A stretch of 64,000 nucleotides of DNA from Candidatus Marinacidobacterales bacterium (GTDB taxonomy: Bacteria > Acidobacteriota > Vicinamibacteria > Marinacidobacterales > SMYC01), in contig OZ250169.1 of the NCBI GenBank assembly GCA_965237955.1, forward strand, positions 1,952,001 to 2,016,000, in the 5' to 3' direction. Of this stretch, positions 1 through 9,652 are shown one piece after another (position 1 is the first letter of the stretch; each line of letters starts with the position of its first letter). The position numbers and the translations under genes were made by a program. The notes under the pieces are model-generated. The model saw nothing but the letters and a program-made list of their open reading frames with translations. It did not search any database and was not told the DNA's origin.

Positions 1-48
1 AGCCGCCGCCACCAAGACACCGCGATCCGTCTCTACCGACTCGAGCTT

Positions 49-876
49 TCAAGGGAGTGAGTGCAACGCGAACCTGCTGGTGGCTGATGGCTGATGGCCG
101 ACGGCGCCGCCTATTTCATTATTGAAATCCAACCCATCTTCACCGAACTCCAGCTCCCGACTGGCTTCATCCGTCTCCCAATTGTCTTGGCTTGGAGTTT
201 TCGCGGCATTGTCCGCAGGCGGCGCGACGGCCGGTACCTCGGGCTCGGTGGTAGGTGCCCCTGCCGCATCGACCTCGAAACGCCCGACGACGACCCGAGA
301 TGGGCGCAGGAGAGAGCCTTTCAACATGTAGCCTGGTTGGAGCTCTTTGATGACGACGCCATCCTGAGTCTCATCAGAAACGTCTTCCAACTCGGCGGCT
401 TCGCTGTGCATTGGATCGAACGGCTGACCGCGGACGAAGATTTTCTCGAGTCCTTCGGTCTTGAGAAGTTGTACGAGTCGCGAACGGACGAGCATGATGC
501 CCTGGAGGACGGAATCGGCGTCGAAGCTTTCCTCGATCGAGTCGATGGCACGGTCGAGGTTGTCGAGGACTTCGACGAAGCGCGCGATGAAATCGCCCTT
601 GGACTGTTCGAAGCGCCGACGCTCGGTTTTCTCGATGCGCTCGCGAAGCTTTTCCGTCTCGGCCTTCTTCGAGCGGTACGCCTCCATGACTTGCTCGATC
701 TGGCTGTCCTTGCGCTCGAGCTGACCTTTGAGCGCCCGGATTCGCTCGAGCGCCTCTTTCGGGAAATCGGGTTCGGTGCGGGGCGGGGCGGGCTTTTGGG
801 CCTCGACAGCAGGAGCGGTCGCATCGTCGTCGTCGACGATCTCGATAATCTCTGCTTCCTCCGGGATCGCATCCAA
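49..876 (-). CDS. grpE: Nucleotide exchange factor GrpE with acidic N- and C-terminal extensions
   Basis: Motifs VLDNLDRA, GQPFDPMHSEA and LQPGYMLKGSLLRPSRVVV. Start uncertain: an in-frame TTG at 948 is separated from this ORF by a TAG at 907-909. Confidence 0.9.
   Translation of the reverse strand: MDAIPEEAEIIEIVDDDDATAPAVEAQKPAPPRTEPDFPKEALERIRALKGQLERKDSQIEQVMEAYRSKKAETEKLRERIEKTERRRFEQSKGDFIARFVEVLDNLDRAIDSIEESFDADSVLQGIMLVRSRLVQLLKTEGLEKIFVRGQPFDPMHSEAAELEDVSDETQDGVVIKELQPGYMLKGSLLRPSRVVVGRFEVDAAGAPTTEPEVPAVAPPADNAAKTPSQDNWETDEASRELEFGEDGLDFNNEIGGAVGHQPSATSRFALHSLP
55..106 (-). repeat. Partial heptamer-tipped hairpin element (GCCATCA repeats) overlapping the grpE 3' end
   Basis: Minus strand reads GCCGTCGGCCATCAGCCATCAGCCACCAGCAGGTTCGCGTTGCACTCAC, closely resembling the left arm of the element at 19537 (GCCATCGGCCATCAGCAGGCTCGAGTTGTACTCGC). 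Confidence 0.6.
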
Positions 877-1081
877 TGCGGGTTGCGTCTCCGCCGGCTC
901 CGCTTTCTAGGAGTTGTCCGCTTGGACCTTGTCCTTCTGATCTTCCAAGCTCAGTTGCCCCCAGGGTTTCCGGGTGCGGATAGAATTTTTCCTTTGACTG
1001 AGAAAACCCCATTAGTTTACACGAATCCGCGCACATGCGGTAGTGGCACCCCAGAGAGCCTGCAGCTAAGATATAGCCGCG

Positions 1082-2371
1082 ATGACAGATGTCTCCGGGG
1101 GCTCACTCCGCGCCACCGACCCCGAAATTGGCGAAGCCGTCCACGCTGAATTGCGGCGCCAGGCCGATGGGCTCGAGCTCATCGCCTCAGAGAACTTTGC
1201 CAGTCGCGCCGTGCTCGAGGCGACGGGCTCCGTCTTCACGAACAAGTACGCCGAGGGCTACCCGGGCCGGCGGTATTACGGCGGATGCCGGGTGGTCGAC
1301 GTCGTCGAGCGACTCGCCATTGGGCGCGCCATCGAGCTTTTCGGCGCCGAGCACGCGAACGTCCAACCCCATAGCGGAACTCAGGCGAACATGGCCGTCT
1401 ACATGACGCTGCTCGAGCCCGGTGACACCTTCATGGGAATGGACTTGGCTCATGGCGGCCACTTGACTCACGGCCATCCCCTGAATTTCTCGGGCCGGTT
1501 CTACAAAGTCGTGCCTTACGGCGTTACCGAGGACACCGAGCAAATCGACTACGACCACGTGGCAGCGCTCGCGAAGGAGAACCGGCCGAAGATGATCATC
1601 GCGGGCGCGAGCGCCTATCCGCGATTCATCGACTTCGAGCGCATGCGCGAGATTGCTGATTCGGTGTCTGCCAAACTCGTGACCGACATGGCGCACATCG
1701 CCGGGCTCGTCGCGGGCGGGGCACATCCGTCTCCGGTCCCCCATTCCGACTTCGTGACGTCGACGACCCACAAGACGCTGAGGGGTCCGCGAGGTGGTCT
1801 CGTTCTCTGCCGGGAAGAGTACAAAAAGGACCTGAACCGCGTGACGTTTCCCGGCATTCAGGGCGGGCCTCTCGTGCACGTGATTGCCGCCAAAGCGGTC
1901 TGCTTCCGCGAAGCACTTCAGAGCTCCTTCAAAGACTACGCACAGAAGATCGTTGCCAACGCCAAAACCCTCGGTGAGGTTTTGCTCGAGGAAGGCTTCC
2001 GGCTCGTCTCGGGAGGTACCGACACCCACCTTCTTCTCGTGGATGTCGGTGCGAGTGACATTACCGGAAAAGCGGGCGAAGAGGCGCTCGAAAAGGCGGA
2101 GATCACCGTCAACAAGAATGTCATCCCCTTCGACACGAGACCTCCGCTCGTCGCGAGCGGTGTCCGCATCGGCACCGCGGCACTCACGAGCCGCGGGATG
2201 AAAGAGCCGGAGATGCAGCGTGTGGGCCGGCTGATTGCGCGCGCGCTCAGAGCTCGCGACAACGACGACGAGCTCCACCGAATAGGCGGCGACGTGCGCG
2301 AGCTGTCCTCGGCCTTTCCTCTGTATCCCGACCTGATAGAACGCTCCGGGGACACGCCCATTACTTCATGA
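1082..2371 (+). CDS. glyA: Serine hydroxymethyltransferase
   Basis: [23 protein letters not shown] and the PLP-lysine motif [13 protein letters not shown]. Confidence 0.98.
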   Translation: MTDVSGGSLRATDPEIGEAVHAELRRQADGLELIASENFASRAVLEATGSVFTNKYAEGYPGRRYYGGCRVVDVVERLAIGRAIELFGAEHANVQPHSGTQANMAVYMTLLEPGDTFMGMDLAHGGHLTHGHPLNFSGRFYKVVPYGVTEDTEQIDYDHVAALAKENRPKMIIAGASAYPRFIDFERMREIADSVSAKLVTDMAHIAGLVAGGAHPSPVPHSDFVTSTTHKTLRGPRGGLVLCREEYKKDLNRVTFPGIQGGPLVHVIAAKAVCFREALQSSFKDYAQKIVANAKTLGEVLLEEGFRLVSGGTDTHLLLVDVGASDITGKAGEEALEKAEITVNKNVIPFDTRPPLVASGVRIGTAALTSRGMKEPEMQRVGRLIARALRARDNDDELHRIGGDVRELSSAFPLYPDLIERSGDTPITS

Positions 2372-2427
2372 GATCTCGCAGGGAGGATGCGGCCGACCGA
2401 TCTCGTCCCTAGATGTGTATGACGGGC

Positions 2428-4410
2428 ATGGCTGAGACCACCGGCGTTACCACGAAAGAGCGCGGTCTCGAAAAACTGGATCGGGACCACGTCCTCGAGC
2501 TCCTTGGCCGCGATGGCCCCCTGGCGGCGACCCTCCCTCGTTTCGAGTACCGTGCCTCGCAACAGGAGATGGCTGCTGTCGTCGCGGACGCTTTTCGCGA
2601 CGGTGGCGAGCTTCTCGTTGAGGCCGGCACCGGCACCGGCAAAACCCTTGCGTATCTGATTCCGGCGGTCCTTTCGGGTCAGCGCGTCGTGATCTCGACG
2701 GGAACGAAAAATCTTCAGGAGCAGCTTTTCTACAAGGACATCCCGCTCCTAAGGAAAGCGATGAAAGTTCCGTTCACGGCCTGTCTCATGAAGGGGAGGG
2801 CCAACTATCTGTGCCTGACACGGTTCGCACAGTTCGCGATGCAGCCGTCGTTCCGCCTTCTCGAGGAGGCGAGCCATTTCGACTCGGTAGAGCGATGGGC
2901 GGGGATGACGAAGACTGGCGACCGTGAGGAGATTCTCGGCGCTCCCGAGCGTCTCGACTTCTGGAAGGGTATTTCTGCGCGGAGCGAGAACTGCACCGGC
3001 AAAGAATGCCCGGAGTTCGAGCGTTGCTACGTCACCAAGCTCCGGCAGCGTGCCGCGGACAGCGATATCATCATCGTGAACCATCATCTCTTGTTCGCGG
3101 ATTTGATGGTCCGCGAAGGTTCCTACGGGGAAGTCATTCCCGACTACGACTACCTCGTGCTCGACGAAGCTCACCAGATCGAAAGTGTCGCCACCCAGTA
3201 TTTCGGCGTGTCGGTGAGCACGGCGCGCATCGAGGAGCTCGCGCGCGACACCGACGCCGCGTGGGAAAGCCACGCGACAGGCAAGCATCGTTCCCAAGCG
3301 CGCATCGAGATCCGCCGTCTGCGAAGCGTGGCCCAAGAGCTCTTCGAGACCTATCGAGCCGAAGAAGACCGCTACCGTATCCGGCCGCGCCAGACGACCG
3401 CACCTCAGGAGCGCTATCGCGCCGCCTTTCTGAAACAGCTCGCGAAAGTGCGCACCGGTTTGGGAGCTATCCCGAATCCGAACGAAGCCAGCGTCGCCCT
3501 TGCTCGTCGCGCGGGGGAAATCGAGCTCGACCTTCAGACGATCCTCGACGCCGCCGATCCGGAAGCGGTGTCGTGGTGCGAGAGCCGGGAGCGCTCGATA
3601 GCGCTTTGGTCGTCGCCGATCCACGTGGCGCCGCTCATTCAACAAACGCTGCTGGCTAAGAAGCGCACGGTCGTGATGACGTCCGCCACGTTGGCGGTGG
3701 AGGATTCGTTCGACTACATGAGTGAGCGTCTCGGGGTGAGCACCGAACGATGCCAGCGTCTGCCGTCTCCGTTCGACTATCGCGAACAAGCGATGCTCTA
3801 CGTGCCACGACATCTTCCCGCGCCGCGCGATGGCGCGTTCTTACCGAAGGCGGTGGCCGAGATCCGCGCGCTGTTGTCAGCGAGCCGGGGCCGCGCGTTC
3901 GTTTTGTTCACGAGCTTCGCGAACCTCCACGCGGTCCGGCGCGCGCTCCAAGGGGAGCTGCCTTACCCGTTGCTCGTCCAGGGAGAAGCGCCGCGCAGCG
4001 AGCTTCTGGAAACGTTCCGCGACACAACCGGCGCCGTGCTCCTCGGGACATCGAGCTTCTGGGAAGGTGTCGATGTCATCGGCGATCAACTCTCGTTGGT
4101 CATCGTCGACAAGCTTCCGTTCGCGGTGCCTGGGGATCCGCTGATTTCGGCACGCATCGATCTGGTCGCGAGCACGGGCGGCAATGCGTTTGCCGACTAT
4201 CAAGTGCCCATGGCGGTGCTGTCTTTGAAGCAGGGGCTCGGCCGGCTCATCAGGTCCCGAACCGATCGAGGGGTGGTGGCGGTTCTGGATAGCCGCATCG
4301 CTACGAGCGGCTACGGCGAGCGGTTCGTGTCGAGCTTGCCGCCGTACCGGCTCACGCATGATCGCCAGGACGTGGTGTGTTTTTTCGAGGCTTCGGATGA
4401 GCGGGGCTAG
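2428..4410 (+). CDS. DinG/YoaA family Fe-S ATP-dependent DNA helicase
   Basis: EAGTGTGKT, DEAH, four Fe-S cysteines (NYLC...ENCTGKEC...RCY), SFWEGVD, QGLGRLIRS. Start could be 2413, 2419 or 2428. Confidence 0.92.
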   Translation: MAETTGVTTKERGLEKLDRDHVLELLGRDGPLAATLPRFEYRASQQEMAAVVADAFRDGGELLVEAGTGTGKTLAYLIPAVLSGQRVVISTGTKNLQEQLFYKDIPLLRKAMKVPFTACLMKGRANYLCLTRFAQFAMQPSFRLLEEASHFDSVERWAGMTKTGDREEILGAPERLDFWKGISARSENCTGKECPEFERCYVTKLRQRAADSDIIIVNHHLLFADLMVREGSYGEVIPDYDYLVLDEAHQIESVATQYFGVSVSTARIEELARDTDAAWESHATGKHRSQARIEIRRLRSVAQELFETYRAEEDRYRIRPRQTTAPQERYRAAFLKQLAKVRTGLGAIPNPNEASVALARRAGEIELDLQTILDAADPEAVSWCESRERSIALWSSPIHVAPLIQQTLLAKKRTVVMTSATLAVEDSFDYMSERLGVSTERCQRLPSPFDYREQAMLYVPRHLPAPRDGAFLPKAVAEIRALLSASRGRAFVLFTSFANLHAVRRALQGELPYPLLVQGEAPRSELLETFRDTTGAVLLGTSSFWEGVDVIGDQLSLVIVDKLPFAVPGDPLISARIDLVASTGGNAFADYQVPMAVLSLKQGLGRLIRSRTDRGVVAVLDSRIATSGYGERFVSSLPPYRLTHDRQDVVCFFEASDERG

Positions 4411-4783
4411 CTACGAGATCTCGGTCGAGACGACCTTCGCCGCGTCGCACCAGCTGCGAGACTACAAAGCGCCGCTCGAGCCGCTCCACGGCCACAACTT
4501 TCGAGTGGAGGTCTTCGTTGCAAGCCAGTCTCTCCCGGACACGGGCTACATCGTCGATTTTCTCGAGCTCGAAGCGATGCTGAAGGAGGTCGTGGCGCCT
4601 TACGATCACCGCCACATGAACGATTTGCCGCCGTTCGACGAGCTCAACCCGACGACCGAGAACATGGCGCGCTTCTTCTTCGACGAGCTCGCCAAGAAAC
4701 TCCCCACGGGCGCGGGCGTGTCAGTGCGCCTGGTCCGGGTCTGGGAAGCCCCTACCTACAGCGCCAGCTACGGTGTAGAGTAA
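4397..4783 (+). CDS. 6-pyruvoyltetrahydropterin synthase (QueD/PTPS) family protein with an ExxHGH motif
   Basis: FAASH...LEPLHGHN, YDHRHMND, NPTTENMA, VWE. The catalytic Cys of QueD is absent. ATG overlaps the helicase 3' end. Confidence 0.88.
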   Translation: MSGASYEISVETTFAASHQLRDYKAPLEPLHGHNFRVEVFVASQSLPDTGYIVDFLELEAMLKEVVAPYDHRHMNDLPPFDELNPTTENMARFFFDELAKKLPTGAGVSVRLVRVWEAPTYSASYGVE

Positions 4784-4846
4784 TTCCCACATGGCGCCGA
4801 AAAGGCGTTATAATAACGACTTCTGATTCTCTGAAACCCACAACCG

Positions 4847-5554
4847 ATGGATATTCCGACGCGTTTCGAGGAGATTCGTGACCGTATGGAACGAGCGATG
4901 GAGCTAGCCGGCCGGGAGCCTTCATCGGTGAAGCTCGTTGCGGTCACGAAGACACGCTCGCTAGAGGAGATGGCTACCGCGGTGGGGGCAGGCGTCACCG
5001 ACGTCGGTGAGAACAAGGTCCAGGAGGCCGAAGCTAAAAAGCCCGAGCTCCAAGCGTCCGCCCGCTGGCACCTCGTCGGTCACTTGCAAAAGAACAAGGC
5101 GAAAAAGGCGGTGGAGCTCTTCGACCTGATCCACACCGTCGATAGCGCGGCGATCGGCCAGCGCATCGACCGCCTCGCCGCGGAACGGGACAAAGTGCAG
5201 CCGGTACTGGTACAAGTCGATCTCGCTGGTGAGGAGACCAAAGACGGTCTCCCGGAGGAAGAGCTCCTCCCGACACTCGAGTGCCTGAGTGAGTGCTCGA
5301 ATCTTCGGGTCGACGGCTTGATGGTGCTCCCACCGTACTTCGACGACCCCGACGAAGTGCGTCCGTACTTTCAGCGCCTCCGCGAGCTTTCCGAGAACGG
5401 ACACGAGCGTGGGCTTGTCGGACGCGAACTCTCCATGGGGATGAGCCACGATTTCGAGGTCGCCATCGAACAGGGCGCTACCCTGGTTCGCGTGGGGACG
5501 GCAATCTTCGGCCCGCGACCCGCCAAGGTCACGGGCACTGAGCAGGTTGTTTGA
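4847..5554 (+). CDS. yggS: YggS family PLP homeostasis protein
   Basis: LVAVTKT, GENKVQE, WHLVGHLQKNK, LSMGMSHDFEVAIEQGATLVRVG. Confidence 0.95.
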   Translation: MDIPTRFEEIRDRMERAMELAGREPSSVKLVAVTKTRSLEEMATAVGAGVTDVGENKVQEAEAKKPELQASARWHLVGHLQKNKAKKAVELFDLIHTVDSAAIGQRIDRLAAERDKVQPVLVQVDLAGEETKDGLPEEELLPTLECLSECSNLRVDGLMVLPPYFDDPDEVRPYFQRLRELSENGHERGLVGRELSMGMSHDFEVAIEQGATLVRVGTAIFGPRPAKVTGTEQVV

Positions 5555-5627
5555 ATGAAGAACGAGCTGATGGCTGACGGCCGATGGCTGCAGCGAGCGA
5601 CGGGCCACCGTCGCGTCAGGAGTCCCG

Positions 5628-6128
5628 ATGAAGCTAACCCCGCTAGATATCCAACGCCATGAGTTCCAGCAGCGCTCCTTGCGCGGCCTGGATTCTGATG
5701 AGGTGAGGACGTTCCTCAACGACGTCGCGGAAGAGATGGAACAGCTCCGCGCCGAGAACGAAAAGCGCTCGGAAGAAGTGCGTCGTTTGAACGTGCATCT
5801 GTCCGAACACCGCCAGCGCGAAGAGATTCTGAAGAACACCCTCGTCGCCACCCAGCGCACTTCAGAAGAGACCAAAGAGAACGCGAAGAAGCAGTCTCAG
5901 ATGCTACTGAAAGAGGCCGAGCTCGCCGCGGACCGCCTCGTCGAAGCCGCACAGTCGCGCGCTCACGAGATCGAGAAGGACATCGTCGAGCTCAAGATGC
6001 AAAAGCGCCAGGTCTTGAACTCGATCCTCGCAGCGATCGCCAACTTGAGAAACTTGATCCAACTCATGAGCGAAAGCGAAGCTCAATCGGACAAACTGTC
6101 CTTCCTGAAGAGAAAAGCCGAACCGTAG
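5628..6128 (+). CDS. divIVA: DivIVA domain protein
   Basis: MKLTPLDIQRHEF...RGLDSDEVRTFL followed by coiled coil; usual position after yggS. Confidence 0.9.
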   Translation: MKLTPLDIQRHEFQQRSLRGLDSDEVRTFLNDVAEEMEQLRAENEKRSEEVRRLNVHLSEHRQREEILKNTLVATQRTSEETKENAKKQSQMLLKEAELAADRLVEAAQSRAHEIEKDIVELKMQKRQVLNSILAAIANLRNLIQLMSESEAQSDKLSFLKRKAEP

Positions 6129-6262
6129 AACGATAACTGCCTAGAGGGGCCAGCCGCAATCGACATGGAGGATGCTCAACGAAGAGCATCGTATGCGAGC
6201 CCGCTACCAAGGAGCAAGCCTGGAAGCCCTGCGGACGGATAGCGGACAGCGGGCTGCGTGAT

Positions 6263-6628
6263 CTAGAACAAAATACTCTCTTCGTCCAGCGACACCGTCC
6301 ACTTGTAGGGCTTGCCCGGCAGCCATTCCGCTTCCTGGTTGTAGCGCACCTCGATGCGCGTATGCGTCGGCCTACGCGTGACTTTGATCATGTCACGGGT
6401 TACCGGGAGGTGGAGCTCCGTGGCCTTGGCGAGCACTTCCTGCTGTACGGAGACGGCTGTTTTCGCGCGTGAGAACTTCGCCGCTTCGACGACGGCGTCC
6501 TGAAACTGAAACTGTGCCACCACATGAGGCCCGAACTGTTTGGCCTCGTAAGCGACGAACAGGAAAACCACGAGCGCGATCAGCAACCCGCCGCCCGCGC
6601 CGCCTCGCTGATTTCTAAACCTTTTCAT
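6263..6628 (-). CDS. Small pilin-like membrane protein (DUF4845-like)
   Basis: MKRFRNQRG followed by a hydrophobic helix; GGAGAGG RBS; lies directly downstream of lepB. Confidence 0.65.
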   Translation of the reverse strand: MKRFRNQRGGAGGGLLIALVVFLFVAYEAKQFGPHVVAQFQFQDAVVEAAKFSRAKTAVSVQQEVLAKATELHLPVTRDMIKVTRRPTHTRIEVRYNQEAEWLPGKPYKWTVSLDEESILF

Positions 6629-6648
6629 CGCCGCCTCTCCTTTGCTTT

Positions 6649-7446
6649 TTACCGCACGAGGTCGAAGAAACGATCCCCCCGTGTGTTCGTGAGGATGCCC
6701 CACTCCCACTCTCCTTGTACACGACGCGGGTAGGGGAGCAACGAAAGCAATCCTCCCCAATACTCCAAACCCCGCTTCGTGTAGTCTTCCTTATCAGACT
6801 CATAAGACCAATAGATGATAAGAGCACGGCCTTTCAGCAGATCTCCGTCGAGAGTGCCCCAATACCGGCTGTCGTGGCTGTTGTCTCGGTTGTCCCCCAT
6901 CACGAAGTAGTGCCCTTCGGGCACGATGACCTCGGGCATGTTGTCGCGCATCGAATCCGAGCTGAAACCGAGAGGTGGTCCGCCGGTGTCATCCTGGAAG
7001 AACACATAGGGCTCTTCGAGGAGGACGTCGTCGATATACACCTGCTTGTCTTCGATACGCATGCGCTCTCCGGGGAGTCCGATGACGCGTTTGATGAAAT
7101 CCCGTTTCGGATCGTCGGGCCACTTGAACACGACAACGTCGCCCCGCCGAACGTTTCTCATCGGGGCGATGCTGCTCTCGAGCCCGCTCGGTGCGGGCGA
7201 ATAGAGCATCTTGTTGACGATCAGATGATCTCCGATGAGCAGATTATTCTCCATCGAGCCCGTGGGGATCTTGAACGCCTGCAAGACGAACGTACGGATG
7301 AACAGAGCCAGGATCACGGCGACGCAGATCGACTCGAAGTACTCGCGAAGTGTCGACTTCTCGAAACCTTCGTCGGTGTCTTTGTTGTCCCTTCCGGAGT
7401 CATGGTCCTTGGACTCCACGACCTTCGGTTTCGTCTTCCGGCTCAC
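6649..7446 (-). CDS. lepB: Signal peptidase I
   Basis: IPTGSME (catalytic Ser), FIKRVIGLPG (catalytic Lys), GDNRDNSHDSR. Confidence 0.97.
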   Translation of the reverse strand: MSRKTKPKVVESKDHDSGRDNKDTDEGFEKSTLREYFESICVAVILALFIRTFVLQAFKIPTGSMENNLLIGDHLIVNKMLYSPAPSGLESSIAPMRNVRRGDVVVFKWPDDPKRDFIKRVIGLPGERMRIEDKQVYIDDVLLEEPYVFFQDDTGGPPLGFSSDSMRDNMPEVIVPEGHYFVMGDNRDNSHDSRYWGTLDGDLLKGRALIIYWSYESDKEDYTKRGLEYWGGLLSLLPYPRRVQGEWEWGILTNTRGDRFFDLVR

Positions 7447-7525
7447 CGGCGTATTGCCTCCCTCTAAAGGATTACCACTAGGGCATTTCCCATAGTTTGA
7501 AATTAGCAGAGAAGAGGTCGCGTCG

Positions 7526-8278
7526 TCAATTCCCGTCGCTTTCGGGGCGACGCAGCAACCCCATCCATTCGCCCACAGCGCGCTCGACGCCGACCATCAC
7601 CGCTTGCGCGACGAGGTCGTGGCCGACGTTCACCCGCGCGACGCCACCGATATCGAACAGGGCGGGTGTATTCCTGAGCGTAAGACCATGGCTCACGCTC
7701 ACGTGAAGTCCTAGCTTGGCGCCAAGGCGCGTACAATCGGACAGGCGTTGCAGCTCGCGACCGACGGCGTCTTTGTCCCGTGCCATCGCGATACCCTCGC
7801 TCGCGGCGACGTAAGCTTCGGTCGAAAGCTCGACACCGAGCGCGCCGACCTGATGGGCCGCTTTCACTTGATCGATCGAAGGGTCGAGGTAAATGGCTGG
7901 TAGGATGGAGCTTTCCCGCATCTCGCGAACCCGTTCTTTGAGCTGGGAGCTGTTCAGCATAACGTCGAGGCCCCCGCCACCGGCGGTCTCGAGCCGCTCG
8001 GGAATGAACGTCACCCGATCGGGCTTCGCCGTCAGCGCAAAGCGAGCCATCTCCTGGCGCGGGGTGACGACGAGGTTGAGCTCGACGGTCACCGTTTCAC
8101 GCAAGTGATTGACGTCGCGCTCTTGGATATGCGTCCGATCGCCTCGCAATTGCACGTTGATTGCGGATGCGCCTGCTTGCTCGGCTAAAAACGCAACAAA
8201 GATAGGGTCAGGGTTTTTGGCGTTGCGCGATTCGCGTAAGTTGGCGATCGCGTCTAGGGTGACACCAAGCTCAATCAT
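7526..8278 (-). CDS. pdxJ: Pyridoxine 5'-phosphate synthase (PdxJ) homologue with a degenerate active site
   Basis: PdxJ-like pattern over the full length (PDP..A..AE.AGA, DR.HIQERD, GGLD, HGL, NVGH) and typical position after glmM. Several catalytic residues are substituted. Confidence 0.8.
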   Translation of the reverse strand: MIELGVTLDAIANLRESRNAKNPDPIFVAFLAEQAGASAINVQLRGDRTHIQERDVNHLRETVTVELNLVVTPRQEMARFALTAKPDRVTFIPERLETAGGGGLDVMLNSSQLKERVREMRESSILPAIYLDPSIDQVKAAHQVGALGVELSTEAYVAASEGIAMARDKDAVGRELQRLSDCTRLGAKLGLHVSVSHGLTLRNTPALFDIGGVARVNVGHDLVAQAVMVGVERAVGEWMGLLRRPESDGN

Positions 8279-9635
8279 TCGTACTCCCGATCAATTGTTC
8301 CACGACGGCGCGGACGTCCTCGCTCAGCGATGCGATCTCTCCTTCGTCAGGACCCTCCATCATGATCCGGAGAAGAGGCTCGGTTCCGGAATAGCGAACG
8401 AGCACACGACCGCGCCCATCGAGTTGTTTCTCCGCTCGTTCGATAGCGCGTTGGATCTCCGGGACGTCGCCGATGTCGGGTCGCGAACGCACCCGAACGT
8501 TCACGAGCATTTGAGGGAACGGCTTCAGGTGCGCCAGGTCGTCGAGACTCCGGTTTTCGAGCACGATCACGCGCAGAACTTGCATCAACGTCAACAAACC
8601 ATCGCCCGTCGAAGCGTAATCAGAAAAAATGATATGCCCCGACTGTTCGCCGCCGAGAATGATATTACGTTCGGCCATCTCCTGTGCGACGAATTTGTCG
8701 CCGACCTTTGTACGGATCAAGGTGATGCCGTCGTCGGCGAGCGCGACTTCGAGTGCCATGTTGCTCATGACGGTAGCGACCACGCCGTCACCGATGAGGC
8801 GACCATCTCTCTTCAACCTCCGTGCACACACCAACAACACGGCGTCGCCGTCAACGAAAACTCCTTTCGAGTCGACCAGCAGAACCCGGTCGCCGTCACC
8901 GTCGAGAGCCGCCCCCAGGTCGCAACCGTGTTCCGGTACGACAGCCGCCAGACGTTCCATCGCTGTCGATCCGCACCCGCGATTGATGTTCTCGCCGTCG
9001 GGCTCGTCGAAGAGCGGCACCACGTCCACTCCTTGTGATGCGAGAAGTGCCGGACCGACGCGATACCCGGCACCGTTAGCACAATCGAGTGCGATCTTGA
9101 GTCCCGCAAGCGTGATCCCGTCGCCGAGACTCGAGACGACATGATCGGTGTAGAGGCTTTCGAGCCTGTGAAGCCTTTGATGCCTTTGATGAAAGTCAAC
9201 GGGTGGCGTGGCGCCCTGTTCGTCCGGCACGCTCGACGCCGAGGCGACGGCTTTTTCGATCGCGTCTTCGAGTGCCTCGCTCGATTTGACGCCATCTGTT
9301 GAAAAAATCTTGATGCCGTTGTCTTGATACGGATTGTGGGACGCGGAAATGACGACCCCGGCGTCGAAGCCTTTTTCGCGCGTCAGAAACGCGACGGCCG
9401 GTGTCGGCACCACTCCCACGGATGTCGAGAGACCGCCGCCGGCAGCGATACCGCTTCTAAGCCACGTCTCGATATCCGGCCCGCTCGCGCGGGTGTCGCG
9501 CCCGATGAGAATCCGAGGCGCCTCCGCCGGAAGCGCTTTCGCGAGTGCCTCCCCGACGCGGGCGAGAGTGAGTCGATCGAGCGGTGGCGCGTACGCCTCG
9601 CCGCGGATGCCGTCAGTTCCGAAGAGCTTCGCCAC
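8271..9635 (-). CDS. glmM: Phosphoglucosamine mutase
   Basis: LFGTDGIRG, VISASHNP, DGDGDR, GGEQSGH, VRYSGTEP. Start at 9635 or 9653. Confidence 0.96.
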   Translation of the reverse strand: MAKLFGTDGIRGEAYAPPLDRLTLARVGEALAKALPAEAPRILIGRDTRASGPDIETWLRSGIAAGGGLSTSVGVVPTPAVAFLTREKGFDAGVVISASHNPYQDNGIKIFSTDGVKSSEALEDAIEKAVASASSVPDEQGATPPVDFHQRHQRLHRLESLYTDHVVSSLGDGITLAGLKIALDCANGAGYRVGPALLASQGVDVVPLFDEPDGENINRGCGSTAMERLAAVVPEHGCDLGAALDGDGDRVLLVDSKGVFVDGDAVLLVCARRLKRDGRLIGDGVVATVMSNMALEVALADDGITLIRTKVGDKFVAQEMAERNIILGGEQSGHIIFSDYASTGDGLLTLMQVLRVIVLENRSLDDLAHLKPFPQMLVNVRVRSRPDIGDVPEIQRAIERAEKQLDGRGRVLVRYSGTEPLLRIMMEGPDEGEIASLSEDVRAVVEQLIGSTND

Positions 9636-9652
9636 GAACGCCACTGACGCCA

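Noticed and set aside
1043-1069. Degenerate CIRCE (GTGGCACCC-N9-TGCAGCTAA) upstream of grpE
   Set aside because: Spacing is right but only 11 of 18 positions match, and the right half overlaps the likely glyA -10 box.
94-1149. Long antisense or alternate-frame ORFs such as 94-1149, 1187-2278, 12550-13587, 25119-26495 and 43836-44819
   Set aside because: Shadow ORFs of recognisable genes in high-GC DNA with no motifs of their own.
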